The notes under the pieces: generated by a model
Told to the model about the DNA's origin: nothing
The model's database searches: none
What the model saw: the letters and a program-made list of their open reading frames with translations, nothing else
Shown here: in pieces, positions 37,628 through 48,720 of the stretch
Numbering within the stretch: position 1 is the first letter of the stretch
Layout: every line of letters begins with the position of its first letter
Translations under genes and position numbers: made by a program
DNA from: an uncultured Methylomirabilota bacterium
GTDB lineage: Bacteria > Methylomirabilota > Methylomirabilia > Methylomirabilales > 2-02-FULL-66-22
Reading direction: 5' to 3'
Assembly: GCA_963845565.1 (NCBI GenBank)
Contig: CAWJSJ010000001.1
Span: 96,001-160,000, forward strand
DNA: 64,000 bases

Positions 37628-38155
37628 ATGGATCGAACCGGCTTCTGCCCCTACTGCCGAACCGCACATCCTCCGCGAGAGCGACGGGACGGGGACCGGT
37701 CCGAGTTCGTCTGCCCGGTCTGCGGCACCCCGCTGGATATGGGGCCGGGCGGTGGAACGGCGGCTGAACCGGCGACCATCCTCTGCATCGACGACGATCG
37801 ACTGCTCCTCAGCTTCTTCACCGATGCGCTGGAAAGGCGGGGCTTCCGAACGCTGATCGCCACGGACGGTCCGTCCGGCATCGAGGCGGCCAGGGTGGGG
37901 CACCCGGACCTTATCCTCCTGGACGTCATCATGCCCAAGATGAGCGGGCTCGAAGTGTGCCGGCGATTGCGGGCCGAGCCCGGCTTCAAGGACACGCCGA
38001 TCGTTCTCTTGACCGCGTTACATGATCCCCACCTGGGCTTCGAGGGGAAGGAGGCCGGCGCGACCACCACCATGCGCAAGCCTTTCGGCGTCGAGCACAT
38101 CATCAGTACTATCGAGCGGATCCTGGGGTCACGGACCCGCCCCCCAACACTGTGA
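37628..38155 (+). CDS. Response regulator with N-terminal zinc ribbon
   Basis: CPYC..CPVC followed by REC (IDDD, LLDVIMP, LTA, KPF). Confidence 0.8.
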   Translation: MDRTGFCPYCRTAHPPRERRDGDRSEFVCPVCGTPLDMGPGGGTAAEPATILCIDDDRLLLSFFTDALERRGFRTLIATDGPSGIEAARVGHPDLILLDVIMPKMSGLEVCRRLRAEPGFKDTPIVLLTALHDPHLGFEGKEAGATTTMRKPFGVEHIISTIERILGSRTRPPTL

Positions 38156-38325
38156 GCCTCGCGGCACGCGGTTTCGACGGTGGAGTTTCCAGGGAGGGGT
38201 ATCGTGGCGGGGCGGGCGTCGACGCATGCCGCACACCCGCGCCGAGAGCGGGGCAGGACCGGATCGACGACCGGCTGTCGCGTGTGGGTCGCGCGCGCGT
38301 GCCCCTGACCGAGCGCGGTGCCCGC

Positions 38326-40233
38326 CTATCCGTGCGCGGGGTCCGTGCCGTGACCGCCGCCGGTCGGGGTCACCGCCATGGCGTTGGCCCCCCAGAATCC
38401 CAGTCGCTCGCCGGCCTGATAGTAGGCGGCCCGCACGCGGTTCAGATTCTGCGTGTAGACGAGACCGACCTTGGCGAACGTCTCGAAGATGGGGCCCTGC
38501 TCCTCGTTGATGGGGAGCGCGATGACCTTGGGGAGCCGGTCCAGGTTCGCCTGCAGGGCCTTGGTGAGTGCATTCAGTCGCTGAGACAGCTCGTCGTGCC
38601 CCTGCGCCGCGTGCTTCACGATGGGCGCGATGATCACGTCCACGCGCTCTCGCAGGCGATGCAACGAATCGGCCGCGATCGGCATCAGATAGGCTTCGGA
38701 TGTCGCCTGGACCTCGGTGGGGAGCGGGATGACCTCGACCCCGAGATCTCCCAGGAACCGCTGGAGGAGCAGCCCCAGTCGCTGCTGCAGGAAAACGTCC
38801 GGAACGGCGACACGCTTCCACGGCTTGACAAGGCCCGCCGCCCGCGCCCGCTCGACCTCGCCGTATAGGTTCTGGCGCAGCGTGGCCACGTATCCTTTGT
38901 TCGCCTTTGCCCACTCCCGGATGAGGCGCTTTCCGTACAGCTGGATCCCCGCGGTGTAGATATCCCGGCGTGCGACCAGGCTCCGCGCGATGGTCCCCCA
39001 GGAGTAGAACCTCTTCATGGCGCGCGTGGCGCCCATCTGGAGCTCGTAGGGGGAAAGCTTGCGGGGCTGATGCACGACGTGGTGACCGTCGTACAGGCTC
39101 CAGTCGGTGGTCAGGATGTCCTTGCTGCCCTTGGCGTACTGGTGATCCCAGTCCGGCGAGCCCGGGCAGGGGGTCAGGATCATGAACTGGACCGATTCCA
39201 ATTGCCGCGATTTGGCAAACGCCGCGGTGGCATCCAGCGTCTCCAGATCGTCCTCGTCCGACCCGATGACGAACATCCCGTGGATCTTGATGTTGTGGGC
39301 GTGAAACCGCTCGATGGCGCGCTCGATCTTGTCCAGGTCCTGCTTCTTCTGGAACAGCTTGAGCGTCCGGGGGTTGATGGACTCGAAGCCGACGTACACG
39401 TTGAAGCAGTTGCTTCGCCGCATGAGTTCCAGCATCTCCGGGTCATCGACGGTCTCGGTCCGGACCTGAGCGCCCCAGTGCGGGGTCACGCTGTCGGCAA
39501 TCATCCGCGAGAGCAGCTCCTTGGTGCGTCGCTTGTTGGCGGTGAAGATGTCGTCAGCGAAGAAGATATAGCTGGCATCCCGGTGGGTCTTCAGCTCTTC
39601 CACGACGCGGGTCACCGAGTGGGTCCGGAAGGCATGGCCGTACATGCCGGGCACGGAACAGAAGGTGCACGAAAACGGGCACCCGCGGGAGGTGGCAATG
39701 CTGACGATGCCGCCGCGCTTCCAGCCGTGAACCAGATCGAACGCAGGGATGGGGTTGGCGTCCAGATCCCGGATCATGGGCCGCTCGGGGTTATGGACGG
39801 TCCGTCCCTCTCGCCGGTAGGAGAGGTTCCGGACGCTGTCGAGGGATCGCCGACCCTGCAGCCCCTCCAGCAGCTCCACAAAGGCGCCCTCACCTTCTCC
39901 GCGGATCACGTAATCCGCGTGCTGCAGGCCTTCCTCGGTCAGGAACGACGTGTGCGTTCCTCCCAGCACCACCGGGATGCCGGCCGCCCGGACCGTTTCG
40001 GCCAAGGCGTACGAGGGCGGGGCCGTGGAGGTGATGGCGGAGATCCCGACGAGGTCGGCGCTCAGGACCTGCTGCATGTCAATCGGGGCGATGTCTTCGA
40101 TGTAGACCCGCACGGTGTAGCCCAGGTTGCGCAGGATGGTCCCGAGCAGCACCACGCCGAGGCGGGGAATCGCGACACGGCTGTACACGTGCAAGTGGGT
40201 GGACTTGGGCTCCACCAACACGATATTACGCAT
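38326..40233 (-). CDS. B12-binding radical SAM protein with C-terminal extension
   Basis: DLVGIS, LGGTH, GEGE (B12-binding domain); TSRGCPFSCTFC; FADDIF; GFES. Confidence 0.88.
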   Translation of the reverse strand: MRNIVLVEPKSTHLHVYSRVAIPRLGVVLLGTILRNLGYTVRVYIEDIAPIDMQQVLSADLVGISAITSTAPPSYALAETVRAAGIPVVLGGTHTSFLTEEGLQHADYVIRGEGEGAFVELLEGLQGRRSLDSVRNLSYRREGRTVHNPERPMIRDLDANPIPAFDLVHGWKRGGIVSIATSRGCPFSCTFCSVPGMYGHAFRTHSVTRVVEELKTHRDASYIFFADDIFTANKRRTKELLSRMIADSVTPHWGAQVRTETVDDPEMLELMRRSNCFNVYVGFESINPRTLKLFQKKQDLDKIERAIERFHAHNIKIHGMFVIGSDEDDLETLDATAAFAKSRQLESVQFMILTPCPGSPDWDHQYAKGSKDILTTDWSLYDGHHVVHQPRKLSPYELQMGATRAMKRFYSWGTIARSLVARRDIYTAGIQLYGKRLIREWAKANKGYVATLRQNLYGEVERARAAGLVKPWKRVAVPDVFLQQRLGLLLQRFLGDLGVEVIPLPTEVQATSEAYLMPIAADSLHRLRERVDVIIAPIVKHAAQGHDELSQRLNALTKALQANLDRLPKVIALPINEEQGPIFETFAKVGLVYTQNLNRVRAAYYQAGERLGFWGANAMAVTPTGGGHGTDPAHG

Positions 40234-40352
40234 GACACGTCTCCTTCCGATGGCACACAGGCGGGACCCGGATGCAGCCGTGCCGTGCGGAACGCAACGA
40301 TGCGGAACCAGGGGAACGGCCGTACCTCGGGCTCAGCCCAAGACTGGCTGCC

Positions 40353-40381
40353 ACGCTATCGCAGGACCCTGTTGATGTCAA
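40353..40381 (-). promoter_or_regulatory. sigma70-like promoter for the radical SAM gene
   Basis: Reverse strand TTGACA-17 nt-TAGCGT. Confidence 0.5.
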
Positions 40382-40539
40382 CGCATTTGTCCCCAGGACG
40401 GCTCGGCCGCGAGACGTCGCCGACCGCCACGGCCCACGTCGCCCAGGCAGGCCCGGCGGGCGCGTGGAAACGCCGCCCCTGGGGCACCGACGTTTCGTTC
40501 CGGTCTCGAATACCAAGAGCGGGAGCCTGGGGAACGGCG

Positions 40540-40567
40540 TTGACAAGTTGGGCTAAGCTGGTATAAA
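40540..40567 (+). promoter_or_regulatory. sigma70-like promoter
   Basis: TTGACA-16 nt-TATAAA with a TG extension. Confidence 0.55.
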
Positions 40568-40597
40568 GGTAACCTGCTGAAAAACTTGAGAGGAGCG

Positions 40598-40945
40598 ATG
40601 TTTCGGTTTATCGTTCGTTGGCTCGCCACGGCACTGGGGATCGGTGCCGCCGGCTACATCTTGCCGGGCATTCAGGTGGACGGGGTATGGGCCGCCTCCC
40701 TGGTCGCCTTGCTTTTGGGCTTGCTCAACGCGACGCTGCGACCGATCCTGCTCCTGCTGACCCTTCCCTTGACGCTGGTGACCTTGGGAGCCTTTGCGCT
40801 GGTGATCAACGGGGCGATGCTCGCGCTGGCAGCGGCATTCGTGGAGGGGGTGCATCTGGCAGGCTTCGGCAGCGCCGTGCTGGGGGCGATCGTCATCAGT
40901 CTGGTGGCGGGTCTGGTCAACTGGGCGCTTCGACCGACGGCCTAG
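40598..40945 (+). CDS. YvlD/DUF360 membrane protein (phage holin family 4-like)
   Basis: Four TM segments; LN..LRPIL.LLTLPL..VTLG.F.LVIN. Confidence 0.85.
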   Translation: MFRFIVRWLATALGIGAAGYILPGIQVDGVWAASLVALLLGLLNATLRPILLLLTLPLTLVTLGAFALVINGAMLALAAAFVEGVHLAGFGSAVLGAIVISLVAGLVNWALRPTA

Positions 40946-41002
40946 GCGATGGGTAATTTCCCGCGGGAACGACGGATCCTGACGCCCATGGAAGGAGAGA
41001 CC

Positions 41003-41938
41003 GTGACCATTCGAAAGGCAGTGTTTCCGGCGGCGGGACTTGGGACGCGATTCCTTCCGGCCACCAAGGCGCAACCCAAGGAGATGCTGCCGATCGTGGA
41101 CAAGCCCACGATTCAGTATGTGGTGGAGGAGGCCGTCGCCTCCGGCATCCGGGACATCATCATGGTGACCGGCCGCGGAAAGAACGCCATCGAAGATCAT
41201 TTCGACCGCTCCGTGGAGCTTGAGATGATGCTCCAGCGGAAAGGGCGCACGGATCTGCTGGAGGTTGTGCGCCGGGTCTCCGAACTGGTTCGAATATGTT
41301 ACGTGCGGCAGGGGGAGCCGTTGGGCCTGGGCCACGCCATCCTGGCGGCCCGGGACCTGGTGGGGGGCGAGCCGTTCGCGGCGCTGCTGGGCGATGACAT
41401 CCTGACGGATCGCATCCCCGCGTTGCGGCAGATGATCGCGGTGTACGAAGCCCATCGCTGCTCCGTCATGCTGGTGAAGCGGGTTCCCCGGTCGGAGGTG
41501 TCGCGCTACGGGGTGATCAAGGCGCGACAGATCGATGACCGCCTCTATCACATCATGGATATGGTCGAGAAGCCCGAGGTCGACAAGGCGCCGTCGGATC
41601 TGGCACTGATCGGCCGCTACATCCTTACGCCGGACATCTTTCCCATCCTGGCGGAGACGGCGTCGGATCGCACCGGCGAAATCCAGCTCACCAACGCCTT
41701 GAAGGCGCTGCTCAAGCGCAAGAAGCACATGCTCTATGCCCTGGAATTCCCGGGACAGTGGCACGACGCCGGCACCGTCCTGGGGTTCCTGAAAACCACG
41801 GTCGAGTTCGCGCTGCAGCGGCCTGACGTGGCCCCCGGCTTCAAGGACTTCCTGCGGGGCCTGGATCTGGGCGGCCCCGCCCCGGCGGCATGTTCGCCGA
41901 CGGCGACGCTGCCCGCCCCGAAACGGCGCGGGCGTTGA
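41003..41938 (+). CDS. galU: UTP-glucose-1-phosphate uridylyltransferase
   Basis: [41 protein letters not shown]. Confidence 0.95.
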   Translation: MTIRKAVFPAAGLGTRFLPATKAQPKEMLPIVDKPTIQYVVEEAVASGIRDIIMVTGRGKNAIEDHFDRSVELEMMLQRKGRTDLLEVVRRVSELVRICYVRQGEPLGLGHAILAARDLVGGEPFAALLGDDILTDRIPALRQMIAVYEAHRCSVMLVKRVPRSEVSRYGVIKARQIDDRLYHIMDMVEKPEVDKAPSDLALIGRYILTPDIFPILAETASDRTGEIQLTNALKALLKRKKHMLYALEFPGQWHDAGTVLGFLKTTVEFALQRPDVAPGFKDFLRGLDLGGPAPAACSPTATLPAPKRRGR

Positions 41939-42134
41939 CCCCCATCGCGGGGACCAGAGGCCGCGTGGCGCACGCGCCATCACACGGCAAGCCGGCGAAG
42001 GCAGTATTGGACTCCTCCAAACCGGCGCGTCTCTCCGAGGGACGCAGCGGGACGCCGTGGGATATCCTGCGAATCGAAGCGCTGGGAAATCGATACGCCC
42101 GTCGTCGCGATGGGCGGAAGAAGGAGACCCTGCA

Positions 42135-44621
42135 GTGACAGACCACGAGACGGACGTGTTAGGCGTGGAAGATTCCGGGGACCGACCGGAGATTGAGGTG
42201 GGGGTGGAACAACCGCAAGGCGAGCGGAAGATGCCCCAGGATATCCCGCTCCTTCCGGTGCGGGACGTGGTGGTGTATCCGTTCATGATCCTGCCCCTCT
42301 TCGTGGGGCGGGACAAGTCCATCCGGGCCGTCGATGAGGCTCTGTCCCGCGAGCGCTTGATCCTGCTGGTCGCTCAACGGGACGCGGATGCCGAGGACCC
42401 GGCGCCCGAGGGCCTCTACGACATCGGCACCGTGGCCATGATCATGCGCATGCTCAAGATGCCCGATGGGCGCGTGAAGATCCTGGTGCAGGGGGTCTCG
42501 CGCGCCACGGTGAAGGAGTTCACCCGCCGCGACCCGTACTTCGAGGTCAAGATCGGCGAAGTGACGGAGCAGGAAGGGACGGCGCAGGGGCTGGAGGCGG
42601 AAGCCCTCGTCCGGTCGGTGAAGGAGCAGGTTCAGAAGGGGGTAAACCTTGGCAAGGGCGTCTCCCCGGACGTGCTGGTGATCATCAACAACCTCGAGCA
42701 TCCGGGGCGGCTGGCCGATCTGGTGGCGAGTAATCTCGAACTCAAAGTGGAGCAGGCGCAGCAGATCCTGGAAATCTTCGATCCCATGGAGCGCCTCAAG
42801 CGCCTGGCCGATCTCCTCGGCAAGGAGATCGAGGTGCTGGAGATGCAGCAAAAGATCCAGTCCCAGGCCCGCGAGGAAATGGACAAGACCCATCGGGAAT
42901 ACTACCTTCGGGAGCAGCTCAAGGCGATCCAGAAGGAACTGGGAGAGACGGACGAGCGCGGCCAGGAGATCCAAGAACTGGAGCAGAAAGTCGCCAAAGC
43001 GAAGATGCCCAGCGCGGTCGAGCAGGAGGCAAAGACCCAGCTCGGGCGCCTGTCCCGGATGCACCCGGACGCGGCCGAGGCGTCGGTCATTCGCACCTAC
43101 CTTGACTGGCTGATCGATCTGCCGTGGGCGAAGCAGACCAAGGACAATCTCAGCATTACGAAGGCACAGAAGATCCTCGAGGACGACCACTACGACCTGG
43201 AAAAGGTCAAGGAGCGAATCCTGGAGTTTCTGGCGGTGCGCACGCTGAAACGGAAACTGAAGAAGGAGATGAAGGGGCCGATCTTGTGCTTCGTCGGCCC
43301 ACCGGGTGTGGGGAAGACGTCGCTGGGGCGGTCCATCGCGCGGTCCCTGGGGAGAAAATTCGTTCGCATCTCGCTGGGCGGCGTCCGGGACGAGGCGGAG
43401 ATCCGGGGGCACCGGCGGACCTACATCGGTGCCCTGCCGGGTAAGATCATCCAGGGCATCAAGCAGGCCGGGACCAACAACCCGGTCTTCATGATGGACG
43501 AGGTGGACAAGGTGGGTGCCGACTTTCGGGGCGATCCGTCCGCCGCGCTGCTGGAGGTGTTGGATCCGGAGCAGAACTCGGCGTTTACGGATCACTACCT
43601 GGGGGTGCCCTTCGACCTTCGGAACGTGATGTTCATCACCACGGCAAACCTCGCCGACCCCATCATCCCCGCGCTGAAGGACCGCATGGAGGTGATCGAG
43701 ATCTCGGGGTACACCGAGGAAGAGAAGCTGCACATCGCCCGGCGCTATCTCCTGTCGCGGCAGCTGGAGGAGAACGGCATCAGCCCGAAGCTTCTGGAGC
43801 TCCCGGACGAGGCCATCCTCAAGATCGTGCAGCACTACACGCGGGAGGCGGGACTCCGGAACCTCGAGCGGGAGATCGCCACGGTGTGCCGGAAGGTGGC
43901 GCGGGAAGTGGCGGCCGGAAAGAAGGGTTTGACGCGGGTCACGGGATCGGGCCTGCACCGGTACCTGGGGGCGCCCAAGTTCCTGTCGGAGCCGGAGCAG
44001 GAACTGGACGAGATCGGCGTGGCGACGGGCTTGGCCTGGACCCAGACCGGCGGGGACATCCTGTACATCGAGTGCACCACCATGCGCGGCAAGGGGCTCC
44101 TGTCGCTGACCGGACACCTCGGGGACGTGATGAAGGAATCGGCCCAGGCGGCCATGAGTTACTCGCGGTCCCGCGGCGCGCACCTGGGGATCAAGGAAGA
44201 GGCCTTCGCCAAGCAAGACGTCCACGTCCACGTGCCGGCCGGCGCCATCCCCAAGGACGGGCCCTCCGCCGGGATCACGATGGCGACCGCCCTGATCTCC
44301 GCCTTGACCCGGACCCCGGTGCGCCGGGATGTGGCGATGACCGGGGAAATCACCCTGCGCGGGAAGGTGCTGCCCATCGGCGGCCTAAAGGAGAAGGCCC
44401 TGGCGGCGCGTCGCATGGGCATCACCACCGTCATCGTGCCGGCGAAGAACGACAAGGACGTCAAGGAACTGCCCCCGAACGTGCAGCGCGGGATGAAGTT
44501 CATCTACGTCGAGCACATGGACCAGGTCTTGGACGCGGCGCTGGTCAAGCGCGGCCCCGCCCCGCGCGCCGGCGCGGGCGCGCCGGCGCGTCGCGAACGC
44601 CGGCCGGCGGCGCGGGCCTGA
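42135..44621 (+). CDS. lon: ATP-dependent Lon protease
   Basis: Lon N domain, [30 protein letters not shown] (Ser), GGLKEK (Lys). Confidence 0.97.
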   Translation: MTDHETDVLGVEDSGDRPEIEVGVEQPQGERKMPQDIPLLPVRDVVVYPFMILPLFVGRDKSIRAVDEALSRERLILLVAQRDADAEDPAPEGLYDIGTVAMIMRMLKMPDGRVKILVQGVSRATVKEFTRRDPYFEVKIGEVTEQEGTAQGLEAEALVRSVKEQVQKGVNLGKGVSPDVLVIINNLEHPGRLADLVASNLELKVEQAQQILEIFDPMERLKRLADLLGKEIEVLEMQQKIQSQAREEMDKTHREYYLREQLKAIQKELGETDERGQEIQELEQKVAKAKMPSAVEQEAKTQLGRLSRMHPDAAEASVIRTYLDWLIDLPWAKQTKDNLSITKAQKILEDDHYDLEKVKERILEFLAVRTLKRKLKKEMKGPILCFVGPPGVGKTSLGRSIARSLGRKFVRISLGGVRDEAEIRGHRRTYIGALPGKIIQGIKQAGTNNPVFMMDEVDKVGADFRGDPSAALLEVLDPEQNSAFTDHYLGVPFDLRNVMFITTANLADPIIPALKDRMEVIEISGYTEEEKLHIARRYLLSRQLEENGISPKLLELPDEAILKIVQHYTREAGLRNLEREIATVCRKVAREVAAGKKGLTRVTGSGLHRYLGAPKFLSEPEQELDEIGVATGLAWTQTGGDILYIECTTMRGKGLLSLTGHLGDVMKESAQAAMSYSRSRGAHLGIKEEAFAKQDVHVHVPAGAIPKDGPSAGITMATALISALTRTPVRRDVAMTGEITLRGKVLPIGGLKEKALAARRMGITTVIVPAKNDKDVKELPPNVQRGMKFIYVEHMDQVLDAALVKRGPAPRAGAGAPARRERRPAARA

Positions 44622-44688
44622 GCCGCGCAGAAAATGGGACTGGGGCGACGCCATCGGTTGACGGTGGGGTAGGAGGGTACTGCGCGTC

Positions 44689-46356
44689 TTGACACAATCC
44701 GAGCCGTGGGTTCGTATCATCCCCCTGGGGGGACTGGGCGAGATCGGGATGAACATGACCCTCCTCGAGACGGCGGAGGACATCCTGGTCATCGACGCCG
44801 GCCTGATGTTTCCCGAGGAGGAGATGCTGGGGATCGATCTCGTCCTGCCCGACGCGACGTACCTGCTGGAACAGCGGGACAAGGTTCGCGGTATCGTCCT
44901 GACGCACGGCCACGAGGACCACACCGGCGGCCTGCCGTATCTCCTCCCGGAGCTCCCGGTTCCCGTCTACGGGACCTGCCTCTCGCTTGGGCTGGTCCAG
45001 GAAAAGCTGCGCGAGTTCGGGCTCGATCAACAGGTCGCCTTGCGTCCGGTGCGGGCCGGAGACCGGCTCCAACTAGGCGCCCTGGAGATCGAGTTCATTC
45101 GGGTGACCCACAGCATCCCCGACGGGGTGGCGATCGCGGTGGGCACGCCGGCGGGGCTGGTCGTCCACACGGGCGACTTCAAATTCGACGACACGCCGGT
45201 GGGTGGCGAGGGGACCGACGTCCGGCGGTTCGCGGAACTGGGGGACGACGGAGTCCTGGCGCTGCTGTCCGACAGCACCAACGCGTCCCGCGCGGGATCG
45301 ACCCCGTCGGAAGCCACCATCGGCCACACATTCGAGCAGCTCTTCCAGGGGGCGCCCCGGCGGCTGATCGTGGCCTGCTTTGCCAGCAACATCCATCGCA
45401 TTCAGCAAGTGCTGGATGTGGCCGCGCGCCTGGGCAAGAAGGTGGCGGTCAACGGCAAGAGCATGACCGCCAATATCCGGATCGCCGGCGAGCTGGGATA
45501 CCTGCGGGTGCCGCCGGAGACGCTGGTGCGGCTGGAGGAGTTGCACCGCGTGCGGCCCGACCAGGGGGTCATCATCACGACGGGGAGCCAGGGTGAGCCG
45601 CTCTCCGCGGTGGCACGGATGGCGGTGGGGGAGCACAAACAGATCGAGGTGGAGCCGGGGGACACCGTAATCTTTTCCGCGCGCGTGATCCCCGGGAACG
45701 AGCAGGCCATCGCCCGGACGGTGAACCAGCTCTTGAAGCGTGGAGCCCTGGTCATCACCGAAGACGTGTGTCCGGGTGTGCACGTCTCGGGTCACCCGAG
45801 CCGGGAAGAGCTCAAGGGGATGCTGCGACTCACGCGGCCTCGCTACTTCGTGCCGGTGCACGGCGAATACCGTCACCTCTATTGGCATGCGGAGCTGGCC
45901 CGCCAGATGGGGATGGCGGCCGACCGCGTGTTCCTGCTGGAGGACGGAGACGTGCTGGAGCTCCGGGCGAGTCACGGGCAGGCGGCGGGACGGGTGGCGG
46001 CCGGGCGGATCCTGGTAGACGGCAAAGGCGTCGGGGACGTCGGGGATGAAGTGCTCCGGGACCGGCAGCGTCTGGCTCAAGACGGGATGCTGGTGGTGAT
46101 CGTCGGCCTGGACAAGGCCGGGTCGGTCCTGGTGGGACCGGAGATCATCTCCCGGGGTTTCGCCGATCTGCCCGAGGGGAGCGCCCTGTTCGACGGCGCC
46201 CGCGCGCTGATCGTCGAGATCCTGGGCAGTTTCGGCACGGACGGGGACGCCGACCGGTCCCTGGTGAAGCAGCGCATTCGGTCCGCCCTGCGCAAGTTCC
46301 TGCAGAGAGCGATCGACCGGCGTCCGATGATCCTGCCGGTGATCATCGACGTCTAG
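44689..46356 (+). CDS. rnj: Ribonuclease J
   Basis: PLGGLGEIGMN, THGHEDH, HTGDFK, DSTN, TGSQGEP, HVSGH, PVHGE. Confidence 0.95.
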   Translation: MTQSEPWVRIIPLGGLGEIGMNMTLLETAEDILVIDAGLMFPEEEMLGIDLVLPDATYLLEQRDKVRGIVLTHGHEDHTGGLPYLLPELPVPVYGTCLSLGLVQEKLREFGLDQQVALRPVRAGDRLQLGALEIEFIRVTHSIPDGVAIAVGTPAGLVVHTGDFKFDDTPVGGEGTDVRRFAELGDDGVLALLSDSTNASRAGSTPSEATIGHTFEQLFQGAPRRLIVACFASNIHRIQQVLDVAARLGKKVAVNGKSMTANIRIAGELGYLRVPPETLVRLEELHRVRPDQGVIITTGSQGEPLSAVARMAVGEHKQIEVEPGDTVIFSARVIPGNEQAIARTVNQLLKRGALVITEDVCPGVHVSGHPSREELKGMLRLTRPRYFVPVHGEYRHLYWHAELARQMGMAADRVFLLEDGDVLELRASHGQAAGRVAAGRILVDGKGVGDVGDEVLRDRQRLAQDGMLVVIVGLDKAGSVLVGPEIISRGFADLPEGSALFDGARALIVEILGSFGTDGDADRSLVKQRIRSALRKFLQRAIDRRPMILPVIIDV

Positions 46357-46383
46357 CGGGCACGCGCGAGCCAAAGAAAGCGC

Positions 46384-46412
46384 TTGGCGAATGGCAGGCG
46401 CGGGGTTATAAC
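46384..46412 (+). promoter_or_regulatory. sigma70-like promoter for ftsK
   Basis: TTGGCG-17 nt-TATAAC. Confidence 0.45.
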
Positions 46413-46442
46413 CTCGGGAACTCTCACGAGGGGTATCGATCG

Positions 46443-48719
46443 GTGACTGCGGATCTGACTCGTCCGAGCGTGTGGATCAAGGGGCTGGCGGCGTTCTGGC
46501 GCCACGACAAGACGCGAGAGGCGATCGGTGTGCTGGCCCTAGCGGCGTCCGTGCTGGCCCTGGCCGCGCTGGCGACTTTCGATCCCCACGATCCCTGTTT
46601 CTTCACCTACGCCAGCATGACCGGCCGACAGGTCCACAATGCTGTGGGGCGGGTAGGTGCCGAGGTGGGTGGGGACCTGCTCGGACTCCTCGGCCTGTCG
46701 GCGCTCCTGGTGCCGCCCGCGCTTTTCTGCTGGGGGTGGGCGTGGGTGGGCGGGAAGCGCCTGTTCCGGGCGTGGCGGCGGGGGGTTGGCCTGGTCCTGC
46801 TGGTGCCGTCGGTCAGTCTGCTGGCGACGGTGTTGCACCAGGTGCACGTGCTTCCCGGCGGCCGCGTTGAGCGGCCCGGTGGATACCTGGGGGATGAACT
46901 CTTCCGGCTCCTGGTGTTCTTCTTCGGAACATTCGGACTGGCGGTCCTCGCACTGGCCGGTCTGGCCCTGGCGGTGATTTCCCTGTCGGAGCGCTCCTTC
47001 GTCTCGCTGCTGGCGTGGCCGTCCGCGGGCCTGAACTGGCTTGCCGATCGGTGGACGGCAGCGCGAGCGCGACGGGCCGCCGCGCGCGCCCGCGCACCTC
47101 GCCCCGCCCCGCGCGAGGCGCCCGAGAGTCAGCCGTTGCCGGCCCCGCGGGCCGAGGTCCCGCTCGTGCCGGCCGACACGGGGGCCGCCGCCGCGACCGT
47201 TGCCAAGGAGAAGGGCAAAGAGAAAGAGTCCGAGACGAAGGCGTCCAAGGTGCAACAGGCTTTGCCGTTCCTGCCGGCCGCCGAGGGTTATGCGCGGCCG
47301 TCGCCCAAGTTCCTGGATCCGGCGCCTCATGAGCCGCAGGGGTCCAGTCAGGACGAGATGGCGCAGAATTCGCGCCTGCTGGAGAAGAAGCTCTTGGAGT
47401 TCGGCGTCGAGGGGCGCGTGACGGCCGTCAATCCCGGCCCGGTCATCACCAGCTACGAGTTGGAACCGGGTCCCGGGATCAAGATCAACCGGATCGTGGC
47501 GTTAGCCGACGATCTGGCCTTGGGGCTCAAAGCCATGAGCGTGCGCGTGGTGGCGCCGATCCCCGGGAAGGCCGCGGTTGGGGTCGAGATCCCCAACCGA
47601 CACCGGGCCACCGTGTACCTGCGGGACGTCCTCGGCACCAAGGAATTTGCCAACGAGTCGCTGCAACTGCCCCTGGCCCTCGGCAAGGAAAGCAGCGGGG
47701 CGCCGATGGTGGCCGACCTGACGCAGATGCCTCACCTGCTGATCGCGGGCGAGACCGGCTCCGGCAAGAGCGTCTGCATCAACTCTCTCATCCTGAGCTT
47801 CGTGTACCGGGCGCAGCCCCGCGACGTCCGCCTCTTGCTGATCGACCCGAAGCGGGTGGAGTTGTCGGTATACAACGGGATTCCGCACCTGGTGGACAAG
47901 GTCGTGGTGGACCCCAAGGACGCGGCGCGCCGGCTGCAGCGGGTCGTCCTCCACATGGAGGAGCGGTACAAGCTCTTCGCCCACGTGGGGGCGCGCAACC
48001 TGCAGAGCTACAACCGGAAGATGGCCCTGGAGCCTCCGGCGGAGGATCCCGAGGCGCCGGGGATCCACAGCGGGCCGCTGCCGTTGCTGGTGGTGGTGAT
48101 CGACGAACTGGCGGACCTCATGATGACGGCGCAGAGCGACGTCGAGAACGCCATCATGCGGCTGGCGCAGATGGCGCGCGCCGTCGGCATCCACCTCATC
48201 GTGGCGACCCAGCGCCCGTCGGTGGACGTGCTGACCGGAGTCATCAAGGCGAACTTCCCGGCGCGGATCTCGTTCCGCGTGGCGTCCAAAGTCGATTCGC
48301 GGACGATCCTCGACATGAACGGGGCGGAGGCGCTGCTCGGGAAGGGCGACATGCTGTTTGTGCCGCCCGGCAGTTCGCGGCCTATCCGCATCCACGGCTG
48401 CAACGTGACCGAAGTGGAGATCCGTCGCGTGGTGGAGTTCCTGGCGAATCAGGGCCGGTCCGAGGAGTTTGTCTGGTCGCTGCTTCCACCCGAGCCGGAG
48501 ACGGCCACCGACGAGGACGACGGCGACGAACTGTACCGCCAGGCGGTGGACATGGTGGTGCAGACCCAGCAAGCCTCCATCTCCATGATCCAGCGGCGGC
48601 TCCGCGTCGGGTTCAACCGGGCGGCGCGCATGATCGAACGCATGGAACGGGACGGCATCGTGAGCCCCATGGACGGCACCCGCCCGCGCGAGGTGTTGGT
48701 GTCACGGGAGGAGTCCTGA
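46443..48719 (+). CDS. ftsK: DNA translocase FtsK
   Basis: Four-TM N-terminus, PHLLIAGETGSGKS, IDELADLM, ATQRPSVDV, gamma domain SMIQRRLRVGFNRAAR. Confidence 0.95.
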   Translation: MTADLTRPSVWIKGLAAFWRHDKTREAIGVLALAASVLALAALATFDPHDPCFFTYASMTGRQVHNAVGRVGAEVGGDLLGLLGLSALLVPPALFCWGWAWVGGKRLFRAWRRGVGLVLLVPSVSLLATVLHQVHVLPGGRVERPGGYLGDELFRLLVFFFGTFGLAVLALAGLALAVISLSERSFVSLLAWPSAGLNWLADRWTAARARRAAARARAPRPAPREAPESQPLPAPRAEVPLVPADTGAAAATVAKEKGKEKESETKASKVQQALPFLPAAEGYARPSPKFLDPAPHEPQGSSQDEMAQNSRLLEKKLLEFGVEGRVTAVNPGPVITSYELEPGPGIKINRIVALADDLALGLKAMSVRVVAPIPGKAAVGVEIPNRHRATVYLRDVLGTKEFANESLQLPLALGKESSGAPMVADLTQMPHLLIAGETGSGKSVCINSLILSFVYRAQPRDVRLLLIDPKRVELSVYNGIPHLVDKVVVDPKDAARRLQRVVLHMEERYKLFAHVGARNLQSYNRKMALEPPAEDPEAPGIHSGPLPLLVVVIDELADLMMTAQSDVENAIMRLAQMARAVGIHLIVATQRPSVDVLTGVIKANFPARISFRVASKVDSRTILDMNGAEALLGKGDMLFVPPGSSRPIRIHGCNVTEVEIRRVVEFLANQGRSEEFVWSLLPPEPETATDEDDGDELYRQAVDMVVQTQQASISMIQRRLRVGFNRAARMIERMERDGIVSPMDGTRPREVLVSREES

Positions 48720-48720
48720 G

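Noticed and set aside
40234..40540. Cobalamin riboswitch upstream of the B12 radical SAM gene
   Set aside because: No B12-box or other conserved riboswitch motifs are recognisable by eye; an Rfam scan would settle it.
40572..40587. ACCTGCTGAAAAACT resembling the end of the dispersed element
   Set aside because: Only about 12 bp match and the element body is absent; it could be chance or a remnant.
40598..40945. 'Phage holin' as evidence of a prophage
   Set aside because: The YvlD/DUF360 family is a common chromosomal membrane protein, and it is flanked by housekeeping genes with no phage genes.
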